Part shown: positions 49,401 through 63,065 of the stretch, piece after piece
Layout of the letters: each line of letters starts with the position of its first letter
Numbering within the stretch: position 1 is the stretch's first letter
NCBI GenBank assembly: GCA_964016885.1
Contig: OZ024742.1
Coordinates: 38,068,001 to 38,132,000 of the forward strand
Reading direction: 5' to 3'
Length of the DNA: 64,000 bases
DNA from: Eledone cirrhosa
Lineage: Eukaryota
The notes under the pieces: model-generated
Seen by the model: only the letters and a program-made list of their open reading frames with translations
Told to the model about the DNA's origin: nothing
The model's database searches: none
Translations under genes and position numbers: made by a program

Positions 49401-52256
49401 ACCTAACTGATTATGTTTATGAGAATATTTTACATTGTTTCAATTTTTAGATGGTAGACTTAATTTACCTCCTTCATTTGCACCACCGCTGGCCCTTAGT
49501 TGCCTTTAGCAGGGTTCACTATGTTGCCAGCATTAAGTTGATCTATGGTCAAAGGTATACGAGCAGTGACTATCTTATTTTATATTTCAGGGACTACATT
49601 GTCTAATGTGTTCTTTCATTTTTAAGGCTGTAGGGTGTGACTTGAGAGTGATGTGACTGCTGTTTCTAGCAGATTGTGCAACTATGTCCCTTATCAGCTC
49701 AATATTCAAATCCATTTATATGTGTAATATTGTAGAGAAATATCTTAATAAATCAAATGCACATTTATTTCAAGCAAACATATAGCTACAATCACTCTTG
49801 CCAATACTATTTCTATTCTAATATGCCTTCCTCTACACTGCCTCTCCATTTATAATCTCACTCCCTTCTCTTTTGCATTACTCCTCCCTCTGCCAATCTT
49901 CAATTCACATCTCATCTCTCTACCTACTCTGGTACTCTTTTCCCACTCATTCTAGTCCTCCTTCTGCCAATGCTCTTTCTTTGTAGTCACATTCTTGGTC
50001 ACAATATGTTGAATGAAAAGATACAATGTAGGGTAGTGAGCACCCTTCAGTCTTGTGAGATTCAAAGCAAATTACAAATGCTGATGTCATGATAAAATAC
50101 ACCAAGTACACTCTGAGGTGATTGATGAGTAAACAGAAACAATGTAGAGTTGAGAGTATTCTTTAGATCTGCTGAGGACATATCAACCTCTCGTGCTGGT
50201 ACCATGATAAAATGCATCCAGTCCACTTTGTAAAGTGGTTGGTGTCGGGTAGGGCATCCAGCAATAGAAACTATACCAAAAATGGAACATGTGCACAACA
50301 TGGTTATCTGACCTGTCTAATCTTAGATCACAATGACCTGTCCAATGCATGCATAGAAAGCAAATGCAAAATGATGATGATTATGATGAATTCACTTTAA
50401 ATCCTCTTAAACAATGATAGTTTGTCTATAATTTCAGTTATAAAATGCTGACAACCAGCTTACAATGTTCACATGCTCTTTAGCAAATATGGTGCATTAA
50501 ATGACATTCTATGACTCTTAATCATTGAATAAAAATATAGATGATTATCAGAGCATTAAATTAACTTTCACAGAAACCAAAATATTCGAGGACATGTCAA
50601 AAATTCTTAAAACATTCCTTCAAACAGAGCCAGTATTATTTCACACAATTAAATGGCTGTCTAAATTTAATTGAAAATAACTAATAGTTGCATCATATTT
50701 TCCATAGAAACTAAATATAAAAGGCAAAAAGTTGTATTTGGATGATAAGCGTTGAACAAAGTCTCATGATTTCTAAGTAGAAAGAAATTGTGAAAGAGGA
50801 AGAACAAGCAAGACTTGGGAAAAGGTGGCAAAGGTTGATCTTGTGATTAAGAGAAGACAAGGAAAGAGACAAGTAAGATTTGTCTAACTCATGCAAATAT
50901 GAAAAAATGGGCATGATGAGGATAACAGTAGTGTGTTAGTATTGATGATGATGGAGAGGAGGAAGATGACACAAACTTTGACCTTTTAATGGGAAAAGAT
51001 TCAATATTAAACCTACAATGTTTCAATGTTGATTTCAGATCAATTGTCAATTCAATGACAGAATTAACATAAATCCTTATTTTTTAAATTAATTGTAGCC
51101 AAATATTCATTTAGCAATGCAGTTCAACAGAGAAATGTCAGATATGTGTTAATTTATGGTAAAATTTCATTCAATTAAATTAGTGGCCTATTCTTGATTT
51201 TCAAATAGTACTACCTCATATATTTCAATGATTTGTTTCATTAATCTTTTTGATACCAAACTGCCTGGAATCACTCCTGGTTCTACAATACAAAACTTCT
51301 ACTTATTTTTTAATTTTCCATCATAATTTTATGCAAGAACATTCATTAAGTTATACTCTAAACACCAGCTTAATAATGAGAAAGTTAGTTATATTGTTAA
51401 ACCCCTTCACATTCTTGTTTATTTGTCCAAATGATTTGAAAATCATAGGTAGTATCTTTTATTAGAATTATGGTGGTGAAAGGATTAAAGCATCAACATT
51501 GCAATTTCCTATTTCCTTTCTATAATATACACATCTATGAAAATGAGCCAATGTCACAACTTCTAAAAATTTTAAATCATGTCTCAATGACTAAATCATT
51601 TTGATGTTGCAGAGGAAAGGATGGATATAGCAAATATAAGAAACACCCTATTAAGTAACGTTGTTCCAAAGATCCTTCGGAGGAACCCCATTACAGCCAC
51701 TTGTAGTCGTAATATTAGCAATTTTAACTAAATTAATGTCATTTAATTGGTGTAAAAAAGAAAACAGACAGATGTTACTAAAACCTAAATAGTATATATT
51801 TATAGAATTTACTGTGGTTTGGTTATTATACTTGGACTAGCCTGAAAAAAAAATTACAGAGATTATTGTAATCTAATAAAGTTTACACAAGGTCATAGAA
51901 AAATGGCAAGTACATGAGCTTTATATAAAAATTAGGTCATCTTCGTTTTAAGAAAGAAAAATCAAATAGCTATATTTTGTTTGAATCAATTCATGGTATA
52001 AACCTCATATTTTACAGTGGCAGTCAAAACACTTTAGCATCAAGCACGTTAAACAATGTGGTTGTCCTTTCCTTTTGGGTTTACTGTAATTATTCGTAAA
52101 AGGAAAAAAACTTTTAAGAAAATTAAAATTAAAAGAATAGTTGGAATAATAAATGGAATAATGGCCAAAAATTCATAGGAGAGGAGTATAATTGGTTGAT
52201 TTGAATGCTGTACTTATCAGGTACTCATTTTATCAACTGTAGTTGCAAAGTAAACT

Positions 52257-54170
52257 ATCATCATCATTTTACGTCCGTTTTTCGCTGCTTGCAAGTGTTG
52301 GACGGGTCCTATTCAGCACAGCATCTCTCCACTTTTCACGGTCCTTTGTCATCTCCTCAGTGAGTTTCAGCGATCTGAGGTCTGCTCTCACCACCTCCGC
52401 CTATGTTTTCCGTGGTCTACCTCTACTGCATCTTCCTTCTACTGGGATTTCTTGGCACTTCTTTACCCAGCAGTCATCTTCCATGCGCATCACATGTCCA
52501 TACCATCTCAGCCTTCTCCTTCTTATACCCAGTTTCTTTCTCAACGTGTCTATGCTTGGTCATTCACGCACATTGACATTGCACATCCAACGGAACATAC
52601 TTTCTTCATTTCTCTCCAGCCATCGCATATCCTCTGCAGTTGCTGCCCATGTCTCACTACCATGCAGCATCACGCATCTCACACAGGCATCATATAACCG
52701 TCCTTTCGTACGCAAGGAGAAACCCTTCTTTGTCAACAGAGGAAGCAGCTCCCTAAACTTCTTCCAACCCGTCCTTATTCTAGATATTATGGCCTCGGAA
52801 CACCCTCCCCCTCTCATGCTAATCTGATGACCTAGGTACCGGAAGCTATCAACCACTTCTATAGAACCCACCTGCATTGGAAAAATGTATCACTGTGATT
52901 ACTACTGCCAACTTTCCCTCTACATCTACTGCATACGTAGTTTTCCCTACCTGTTAGTTTGCCTGCTATCCCACTACATCTGTTGTGTACCCAAGATCTG
53001 CATTGCGTACATTTTATAGAATTTATGCCAGTTCCTTTCCTACATATCGAACATGGCCATTTCCCTGATGGAATCAGAGTATTGTCCTCTCTTCTACTTA
53101 CCAACACTTTTGTCTTAGCTATGTTCACTCTCAGACCTCTTGATTCCAACTGTTGTTTCTATAGCCAGAATTTATTCTCTAGCTCCTCTACTGATTCTGC
53201 TATAAGAACCAGATCATCAGCATAGAGAAGTTCCCATGAGAATCCAGTCTTAAACTCCTCTGTTATGGCTTGGAGGACTATAATGAACAACAGCGGGCTG
53301 AGGACCGAACCCTGATGTACACCTACTTGTATCTGGAATTCCTCACTAAATTCCATGCCTACTCTCACTTTACTGACAGCACTCCTGTACATAGCTTGCA
53401 CTGTCCTCACAAGCCATTCCTCTACACCTAGTTTCCTTAGGGACCACCAGATGACAGATCGGAGTACCCTATCAAAGGCCTTCTCTAGTTCAACAAAAGT
53501 GGCTTATTCTTCTCTAAGAACTTCTCTTGTAGTTGCCTCACTAAGAAGAGAGCATCTGTTGTACTTTTCCGGGGCACAAAACCAAACTGCATCTCATCTA
53601 ATTTGACCCTTCCTCTAATCAGTTGCGCTAATATTCTCTCTGCCACTTTCATAACCTGATCCATCAGCTTTAAGCCCCTATAATTGCTCCTCTCTAGAGC
53701 ATCCCCTTTACCTTTGTAGCAATTTATGAGAATACTGCTGCACCAGTCTTTGGGTATGACACCACCATATATAGCTTGATTGATGATGCGTGCAACCAGT
53801 TTAGTGCCTACTTCTCCTGATATTTTCAGCATCTCAGCAACTATCCCCGACGGTCCAGCAGCCTTACCATTCTTCATTTCCTTAATTGCCTCTTGTACCC
53901 TATATTCATCAATCTCAATAGCTGGTCCCTCTGTTGGATCTACTGGGGGTAATTTCTCTGTCCTATTCGTTCTCCACATTCATCAGTCTCTCATAGTGAC
54001 ATTTCCAGTCCTCCTTTTTTTGATAATTCGTGACACTAAGTACACTGGAATCATTCCGGACACACTTATTTCCAACGACATCCTGATTTACACTGACACA
54101 CTGCCTTGCAATGCGGAACACCGCACGTCTCTGATCTTCCCTCCGCAGAACATTGGCAAACCTCCTACTC
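52257..54170 (-). mobile_element. RTE LINE with PHD finger inside RT, short 3' UTR subfamily
   Basis: GKAAGPSGIVAEMLK, NYRGLKL, QFGF, GVHQGSVLSPLLF, YADDL, PHD (52922-53053), IEVVDSFRYLG, HGSETW; terminal module and (GAT)n at about 52257-52300. Confidence 0.95.
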
Positions 54171-55657
54171 TATAAATAGAATGAATAATGTAAAATGAAA
54201 TATATGTTATTTTATACACTCTCTAAATTGGTTGGCATTAGGGAGGGCATTCAACCATATTATCCAAACCAAAAAGGGGAGAGAAGATCCAGTAGGGTGG
54301 TAGTGCTGGTGTGACGATGGGCAGCATCCAGTCTACTCTAAAGATGGTAATGCCAAAGTCATGATAATGGTACATACTGTGAGGTTGTTGACATTATGAA
54401 GGGCATCCTGCTCTAGAAATCAAGTCAAAAATGTACAAACAAAACGTGGTCACCTAACCAGTCCAACATCAGTATGTCACAGCCTTTTTAACCCCCATGC
54501 AAGCGCGGAAAATAGATGTTAAATGATGATGATGTTACCATACTGATTTCAACTTACCTTTATATCAAGGAAAACTGTGATAAGTTGTAAATGTCCTGAT
54601 TTTATTAGCTGTTCTGAATGTATTTTACTCCAACAGCACTTAACTGGTTACATCTGAACAATGAGCATACATAAATAGAATTGAATGAGCTATCAAAACA
54701 GCATTTATATGAAATTCCTCTTTTTTATTATTATTACAATTAACCCTACCACTATTAGAGAAACCAAAATTGTTTGAACATCTTCCTGTCATAATAGGAT
54801 AACAGACATGTAATTATGACTATGTATGTCAAAACTCTTAACTTTACACTTTCAAGCTTTATTTACTCAACTATTTCAGATAGATAATGGAATTAGATTG
54901 GAATCAATGAAATATGAAACAAAACATTAACTGAAAGATAAAAGGCAGTCATATTTGTATGTGAGAAGATTAAATACAATGAATCTATGTAAGGTAAAAC
55001 AGACTACCCATGTGTATTGCTGATATGATTAACATCTCATGAATGTTATTTCATTTAAAATGTGTATTTCAATGCAGTATTTAACCATTTCATTACAGAG
55101 TTCTAAGGCCTATTCAAAGATTTGCTAGGATTTATCAACATAACTTTCTCATTAAGATGGCGTTTGAAGCATAATGTAAAGGCTCTTACAAAAAATTATA
55201 ACAGGGTTTTAAATAAATATAAATACTTTAAAATAATCAGAAATAGCAGTGCATTTGGTCTACAAAGAATCAGCTCTACAAACATTTACTGTTAGGAGCA
55301 GAAATATATGTCTTAAAATATTGATTAATACATGAAGTAATTAATCAAGTTGTCTGATAAAAGTATAGCTTGATCAAAGTGCTACAGATAGTCACTATTG
55401 GAACCTAAAATCCAGCTCACCAATATAAATAAAAACATTTTTTGTTATTATTTCATTAGGAGCAGAAACATAAAATGCAAAGGTAAGGTACTATCTAGAC
55501 ACATGTATCCACATGTGTGTTTGTAAAAATTATACAGGTGCAATGGGTTACGAAGATCTGTGAAAAAAGATGTTATAAGATCGATTTTTACCATCCATAT
55601 ATATACACACACATACATATATATGTAAGTATGTTTTGAAACAGTGAGCGAGTTTGA

Positions 55658-55802
55658 AATTAGAAATATAATAGAAAAAGATGAGTATTGACGTATGTAA
55701 GTCAATACTCATCTTTTTCCATTTCTCTGAGGGTTCTAAACCCCACTATCAGGCTAAAAATTTCTTTAGTCAAAAATATGGTGAAAGCTTATATTTCTAA
55801 TT
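55658..55802. repeat. Small foldback element: 14-bp outer inverted repeat plus internal 19-bp perfect hairpin
   Basis: aattagaaatataa / ttatatttctaatt; gaaaaagatgagtattgac-8nt-gtcaatactcatctttttc (55674-55719). Confidence 0.8.
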
Positions 55803-57237
55803 ATATATATATATATATATATACACACACTTGTTTTTATTTTGATTGTAGATTGAATAAAATGAAAACAATTTTCAGAGCTCCTAAAAGCTATTTAAGA
55901 TAAACTAAGGACCTACATGCTGCTCTGGGGTCACAGGCTCCTGACCCCTATTCTAAAGTGATAAAATAATTACTGAGGTCACATCAATCAAATACGAGAA
56001 ATCAATATTATCAGTGTTGTTTTAATGCCATACATTATTCAGTTGTGTACCTGTGTTTTCCAAGTTCAAATAGCTGAGATGTAACAAGACTAAAAAATTT
56101 CTGGAGTTGTCTCCTATAATTAACAGAATAATTGTAATACACGTAAAGTCAGTTTTTTTACTCAAAAATACAGGCATGAGAAACTGGGTGCAAATAATCT
56201 ATAGACACACCAGCCAATGATTATGTAGGGTGGGTTGGTTATGTCACTATGCTATCTATAAAAATGTCAGCATTGTAAACAAACATACGTTGAGAACATT
56301 TCATACAAAAATAAATATGACTGCCTTGTGTGTGAAATATTAAAATGTGTGTTTAAAATTTCACAATTTTTAAAACATTCAAATATTAACTGGTTGCGCA
56401 CTCAATATTTCTAGGCAGAGTGCAAATTTTATTTTCTAAGTAGAAAAATGGCAGTGAATTTGAAGTTTCAGTTTGGTCACTTTATCTGTGTGTGAAATAT
56501 TTATATGCATAGTTTTCTATTGGCCAGTTGTAATAATTGTCTGTCATTTAGGAGTGGTGATTTAAAAGCACTGCTTCAGACATAAAAACACATTACTATA
56601 CCTATGCATCAGTGACTTTGCTAGACTATAATGGCAATAATTGTGATTATTTTAGTTAAATGGATTTTTTTTTATTTATACACAACTGCACACAAAGTTG
56701 CAAATATTATTTACAAAAAGTAGAATATGACATATACAAGTTAAAAGCTAAAGACAAAAATATTATCTAAGTGGTAGATAGAAGAGAGGGTGATGACAGC
56801 AGATGAACTGAGAAAGTGAAAGAAGTGAGAGTATGATGGGAGAAAGTGATTGATGTGAGAGAATGATAGAAGAGAGAATACATTTTATACATAACATAGA
56901 GTTATATTAAAGATGTATTGAAAATTTGAAATTTGACTGGATTGTTATAGCTGAAATATGTTTTATGCTACCTCTTATTACAGAAGGTTATTGAAAAGCA
57001 AGAAAAATTTAAATAAATAAAATGAACCATGCATCTCTGTTACAAAGAATACAAAATACTGTGCTTGAAAAATTAAATTGAAGCAGAATTGTCATCGTTC
57101 TCTTTCAATATATTTGTGACCAAATGAGTCCTGTATTTTGCAGGCAATGTTAGGATATCGTGAGTATTACACTAGATTCTTAATGTTTCAATCTGTTTTT
57201 TCAAAAGGGATTATTCTGAATATCCTAAATTTGCTTT

Positions 57238-58108
57238 TATGAGGGGGGGGGGGGGGGGGGGGGGGATAAGGCTGACTATGAAGGAGTGATGCTAGAGCTG
57301 TGAAATCTTACAAGCATTAATTTCAACTCTTCTTATTAATAACTGCATTGTTTTCTTCCAGGTAAACTAACATCTGACTGTTCAAAGAAGACTCCAAAAT
57401 TAACTGGTAGCAACTTCTTTTGAAAATGGACAAAATTTGGCATCACAGTGTTATCACCAGCACAAAATGGGTTTAGCCCCCAAGGACATTCATACTGACA
57501 TGGTTGCTACATTAGGAGATGATGCTTCAGCTTTATTAACAGTGCAAAAGGGGGCAGCTGAATTTAGGTGGAGAAGGGAGAGTTTTGAACATAACTCAGA
57601 GTCTGGACATCTTGCAACTACCACCACCAAGGAAAACATTGGTGATGGATGACAGGCGATTGACTATAAATCAAATAGTCAGTGGTATTAGCATATTCCT
57701 TGAGAGAGTTGAGAATATTCTACACAATGAACTTGGCATGACAAAGGTTTTTGCTCAGTGGGTGCCCATTCTTATCCAGGATGAGTGTTGGGTTCATCAC
57801 TTTGAGCCAGAAACAAAGAGATGATCCATGCAGTGGAAACACCCCTCCTCACTTGCTTCAAAAAAGACCAAGGTTTTTTCATCTGCAGGGAAGGTGGTGG
57901 CCTCAGTTTTTTGGGATGCAAAAGGCATTGTGTTTATTGACTATCTTCAAAAGGGCCACACCATCAATACTATGCCAGCTTGTTGAGGCAGTTATGAAAG
58001 GCTATCAAGACCAAATGCCCAAGAAAACTGATGAAAGGGGTGTTGTTTCATCCGGACAATGCTCCAGTACACAAGTCCTTGTTTCAATGGCTGCTATGCA
58101 TGACTGTA
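57238..58108 (+). mobile_element. Degenerate mariner transposon
   Basis: HTH region (KDIHTDMVATLGDDA), DDRRLTI..ILHNELGMTKVFAQWVP, QDECWVHHFEPETKR, AGKVVASVFWDAKG, FHPDNAPVH; start tatgagggg resembles a mariner TIR. Confidence 0.9.
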
Positions 58109-58589
58109 GAACTAAGCCAACAAGGGAGCATCTACAAGGTCACAGCCTGCTAGAAATAGTAGCTAAATATTTCTCAAATCCCACTTCATTGTCTCAAAAG
58201 GGTATATACTGAATTATGTAGTCCAAAGTAGATAAATCTTAAATAAAACAATTATGATTGGGATGCCTCGGACCATTAGTCATTTCAATCAGGGTTGATT
58301 TGAAGTGAAACAACTTATGATAGAATATCATCATCATTTTAAGTCCATTTTCTTTTAAACATTCTTTTAAAATAACAAAAACATTAATCTCACCACCATT
58401 TCGAAATTTTCATAAAATAAAAGAATTTTTAAAATTGCCTATTTTTACTTTTTATATATGTAGGGAGTGCTGTATGTATAGCATGTTTATTAAAGACACT
58501 CAGATCCCGTCCCTCACCAAGTCTGAACACAGCCAAAACAAAAAAAGAGAGAATGATAGAGGGGAAGTGAAAAAGAGATATAGAGGAAA

Positions 58590-61500
58590 AATCCCCCATT
58601 ACTAGACAGGTACTTTTTTATCGACCTCAAAAGGATAAAAGTCTTTGTTGACCTCAGCAGTCTTTGAACTCTGAGCGCAAGGAGCTGGAACGAATACTGC
58701 AAAGCATTCTATCTATTGTCTAATGACTCTTTTCTGGGAACGTCCCGCTCCTTGCTTTTAGTGGGGGACTGGAATGGAATCCTAGATGTACGTTGGGACT
58801 ATGTGGGAGCATGTCCCGATAAAGGGGGGGGGGGGGGGGGGGTGTAACAGCCTCAAACAGTTAATCGACCGATTTGACCTGGCCGATAGATATCGACTAG
58901 ATTTTCCGACTGTGCCACTGTGGACATTGACTAATCACAGCGGAACATCTAGATCGTACCTAGATAGGGTTCTAGTTAGAAATAAGGATAGGGACATATT
59001 AAGCTGTCCACAAATGTTCATGGTTGCCTATTCAGATCACAAACTAGTGACCTGCATGGTCAACCTTGATAGAACCCATAGACAAGGACCCGGCTACTGG
59101 AAGCTGAACTTGTCGTTACCGACAAGCAAAGCCTACAGTAGACGGATTAGCACTTTAGTTAAACAGCACTTGACAGGGGCCATTGTCAACAACAGATGGT
59201 GGTACTCTCTCAAGAGGGCATTAGTTTTTAGTAAAGAATTAGCGTTAGATAGAAATAGAACCGAGAAGGAACTGGTAGATAAAGTAGAAGAGGCAATTAG
59301 AAGTGGCAACGTAGCCAGCGTGCTAGCAACGAGAACGGCCTTGGACCAGTTCTTCGACACAAAGCACGAGGGCTGCGTTGTCAGAAGCAAAATATGTGCT
59401 CTGGGAAACGAGGGAGCCAAAGCTGTTAGCTGGGGCTGAGTGACGGAGGCAAAAAGTGGCAACAAGTCCATGATTCGGTCTTTGAAGGACCAAAACGGAC
59501 GCGTGATACGTGAGCCGAAGCAGATGTGTGCGGCCTTTCAGTGGCACTTTGTTCAACTGTTCAGGCTGGGCGGCGCGCCGGGAGGGGCTATGGATTTTGG
59601 TCCATACCTCGACAGCCTACCGCGACTCTCGGACAGCGAGGCAAAGTTCTGCGAAACGCCGATTTCAGCCGCTGAGATAGCGGACGCGCTGAGCCAATGC
59701 GGCAAACGCAAATCTCCAGGTCTCGACGGTCTACCCTACGAATTTTACGTAGCAATGCCGGACTTATTCTCCGGTCTCCTGGAAGTGGTCTACTGCAACT
59801 GGCAACAGAACGGGAGGATTCCCAGTTCTGTGACCGGGGGCATAGTCACACTAGTCAGGAAGAACGAGAATAAGCGGGATGACATAGGCAACTTCCGGCC
59901 CATAACTCTGCTAAACACAGAGTTACAGATTTTGGCCAAGGTGTTGGCAAAGAGGCTGGCACTTGTCGTCGAGAACCTGGTGGGAGAAGCGCAGACATGC
60001 GCAATCCCGACTAGGTCCATACACGACAACCTCCACCTCATGCGATACATGATAGAGAGGGTAGGGTCTAAACCCGGCTTCGGTGGGGCCCTGATCAACT
60101 TGGATCAGTCTAAGGCTTTCGATAGGGTTGACCATCGTTACCTGGATGCGGTGCTCGAGGTGGCAGGCTTCGAACCCGTGTTCAGGGGCTGGATTGCTGC
60201 AATGCACAACAACAACATCTGTTCAAGGGTCAAGGTGAACGGCTACCTCTAGGAGCCGTTCCATATTACGCGATCCATTCGACAGGGATGCCCTCTCTCC
60301 TCCCTTCTGTACGTACTGACTCTCGAGCCACTACTGCAGAAGTTGGAGCTATTGCAGGGCATCCTTCTGGAACCGGGACAGGAGAAAGCAGCGTCGGCCT
60401 ACGCCGACGACGTGACAATATTGGTGTCGAGCGCCTCGCAAATCGAGGAAGTCGGCACCTTACTGAAGGAATACAAAAGTTTCACAGGAGCGAAGCTGAA
60501 CCGGAACAAGTCCATCGGTTTGCAACTCGGATCGTGGAGAGGCAGACCAATGCTTTCCGATGTCGTCGTCGGATGCTGGACGGAAGGACCGGTAAAGCTG
60601 CTCGGGGTCTGGTTTGGTCCGGACCTCCAGGTGGAGAAGAACTGGAACGAAGTGACGGCCAAGGTGTTTGCACTTACCCAGAAGTGGGCCGAGTGCAAAC
60701 TATCCTTGAAAGGTCGAGCGGAGGTGGCGAACACTTTTATAGCGTCTGCCATCTACTACCGCTTGACCGTCGTGCCTTGTCCAGCCAAAACGCTCACAAA
60801 AATGGATCGCGCGCTCTTCCAATTCCTTTGGAAGAGGCGGGCTCCTTTGGTAAGAAGATCCATCTGCTGCCAACACCCTTCTAACGGAGGGCTGGGGATG
60901 CCGTGGCTGACGATGCGCAAACACGCGCTCAGGCTGCGGCATCTCTACGTATTCCTCACCGGACAACCGGTGTGGGCCCCGTTCGTGAGGCGAGCCTTCT
61001 CACGACTCGTCTCGCTGACCGAGCTGCAGTCCTGGGTCAAGCAAAGACCGAGGAAAATGGGCGACTGGCACATCGAATGTGCTCAGGCTCTCACAGCCCT
61101 CTGAGAGGCGGACCCGGCGATCAGTGGAGATTCCACTTCGTCATTCTATAGAAGGTTGATCCGCAGTAAGTGCGACGACGCGCTCGGTGAAACTCTAGGC
61201 GTAGAGGAAGATGAACTGGCCAGTCTGTTCGGTAGGACCTTCCGCCCGGGACCGATGGACAACTTCCAAAAGTCCCTGGCCTGGCAATGCTACCGAGGAG
61301 CTCTACCAGTTCGAGACAAGCTTTGCAGACATGGGCGCCCGAGCAGGGACCCTGCAAAAAAGATCTGTCCGAGGTGCATGCGAGACGAAGAAACCGTCGC
61401 GCACGCATTCATACACTGCCCGGGCGTCACTGACCTGTGGAGCTATGTAGAACGACTATTGTCGCGGGTGGGACCAATCCGGTTGACCACTGAGTCCATT

Positions 61501-62057
61501 GTCATGATCAAACCGCCACCCTCCTTCAAAAACGAAGGAGAGGCGGTTTTCCTTTGTGTGATAGCTATGGCGAAAGAGGTTGTATGGTGGACAAGGTTGA
61601 AAGGGCTGAGGTCAGACACCTTTCTCTCCGGCCAACAACTGATTCTTTTTTTCAAATACCACTTTGGAAGAAGAACCAGGATGGAGAGAGAGGTGCTGTA
61701 CCCCAGCAAGTTTTATGAAAGGTGGGTGAAAGTGGCGAGAATGGCCCGAGTGAATGGGCCTTCTCTCTATATCAGCCTGTAGGTTGAGGAAAAGGCGGAG
61801 GAGAGGAAAGGAGTACAAACTCTTCGTACTCCTGGAGATGAGGGTTGCACATTTTTTCGGGGATATGTGTTACCCATATGAACTGTCTCCCCCTATTGGG
61901 GAAAATCGACTAATTTTTTAAATTGCATTTGTGATAATATTTTACATGTTTTTATTGTATGTAAACTTCCCCCTTTGTATTTGTCCTCTTTTTTTGTGCC
62001 CCTGTGGCTAATAAAGAAACATATCTATTGTCTAATGACTCTGTCAATTGGCTGCCT
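58590..62057 (-). mobile_element. Nin/Deu-type SINE (family C) split by the Tx1 insertion
   Basis: 58590-58730 (core and B box gagttcaaa) and 62022-62057 (A-box end ggcagccaattgacagagtcattagac) rejoin across the TSD. Confidence 0.8.
58731..62021 (+). mobile_element. Tx1/L1-type LINE, 5'-truncated within APE, near-intact ORF2, 21-bp TSD
   Basis: APE (VGDWN, SYLDRVLV, SDHKLV, GPGYWKLN), RT (KSPGLDGLP, FRPITLLN, LDQSKAFDRV, RQGCPLSPLLY, AYADDV, GGLG), CCHC (CPRC..ETVAHAFIHC). Four ORFs in one frame separated by three stops. AATAAA at the 3' end. TSD tatctattgtctaatgactct at 58710-58730 and 62022-62042. Confidence 0.96.
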
Positions 62058-62719
62058 CCTTACTTTTTATAGGATTTTCCTTGTCTTCAACCCATTTTCA
62101 TTACCTACAACCTAAGAAGGTTATTTAAGCAAATAAATTTTTTTTCTAAACTAAGAAATATTAAGATTCTTAATCCGTGAATCAAAAACTGACATACAAA
62201 ATAAACTGGGTGAAGGAGTTAATTCAATGTTTAATTACATTTTTTTAAATAACCTCTAGAGGCTAAAATAAAGTAAGCCATCATTTCCTTCTTGTATGTG
62301 AATGATGAATTACATGAGTGAGAAGAACCGAGCAGAATGAATATTCGTGTGAAACTACAAAATACTTATATGTAAGAATGGATGTGAGTGTATATGTAAT
62401 AAGAATATGAATATGTGAGGATTAGAAGGAATATGAGAGAAATTGTGACAGGAAATGAATAAGGGTTAGAAAGGGAGCAAGAGAGAATGTGTGAGAGAGA
62501 AAAGGAGAGGGGGGTTGTGAATAAAGAAGAAATTGAATAGACATGGTTAAGTATGTATGAAAGTATAGCAATGGATAGTCCAGTAAATAAAAATTTAAAG
62601 ATAAAATGTAATGACAAACATTATAAGATGTCAGAGTCCATTATACAATATGATAGAATTAGTATATATGAGTGGAATTAGTATATATGGAGTTTATTGG
62701 ATATAGTAGAGTTTATACA

Positions 62720-63065
62720 ATTAATGAATGAGATGAATAAATAAGTGATCATATGTAACTAGAGTGACAGGAAACAAATTGGTGAACATGTTGATTATAA
62801 GTATGGCGAATGTAAGTGGTTGGGTAAGTGGAAGTGAATGAGCAAGCATGGTGAGTGGAAATAAATGAGTGAGCATGGTAAGTGTGAGTGAATAAGTGAG
62901 CATGGTGAGTGAATCATTGAGCATAATGATTGGAAGTGAATGAGTGAACATGTTAAGCAGAGTGACCAAGCAAAATGAGTAGGAGAATGTAAAAAAAGCA
63001 AAAATGTTTAAGCAATCATGTGAGTGAATGAAAAGATTGAGTGTGTAAGTTAATAAATGATTGGA
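62720..63065. repeat. Degenerate minisatellite (gtgaatgagtgagcatg units)
   Basis: Recurrent gagcatggt(g/a)agtg / gtgaatgagtga motifs. Confidence 0.7.

Noticed and set aside
52243-52827. 194-aa plus-strand ORF, and other antisense ORFs over LINEs (47333, 59790, 60399)
   Set aside because: Shadow ORFs of retroelement coding strands with no independent motifs.
54551-54570. Minus-strand donor-like AAAG|GTAAGT
   Set aside because: No acceptor, ORF or other exon evidence; adjacent to a repeat tail.
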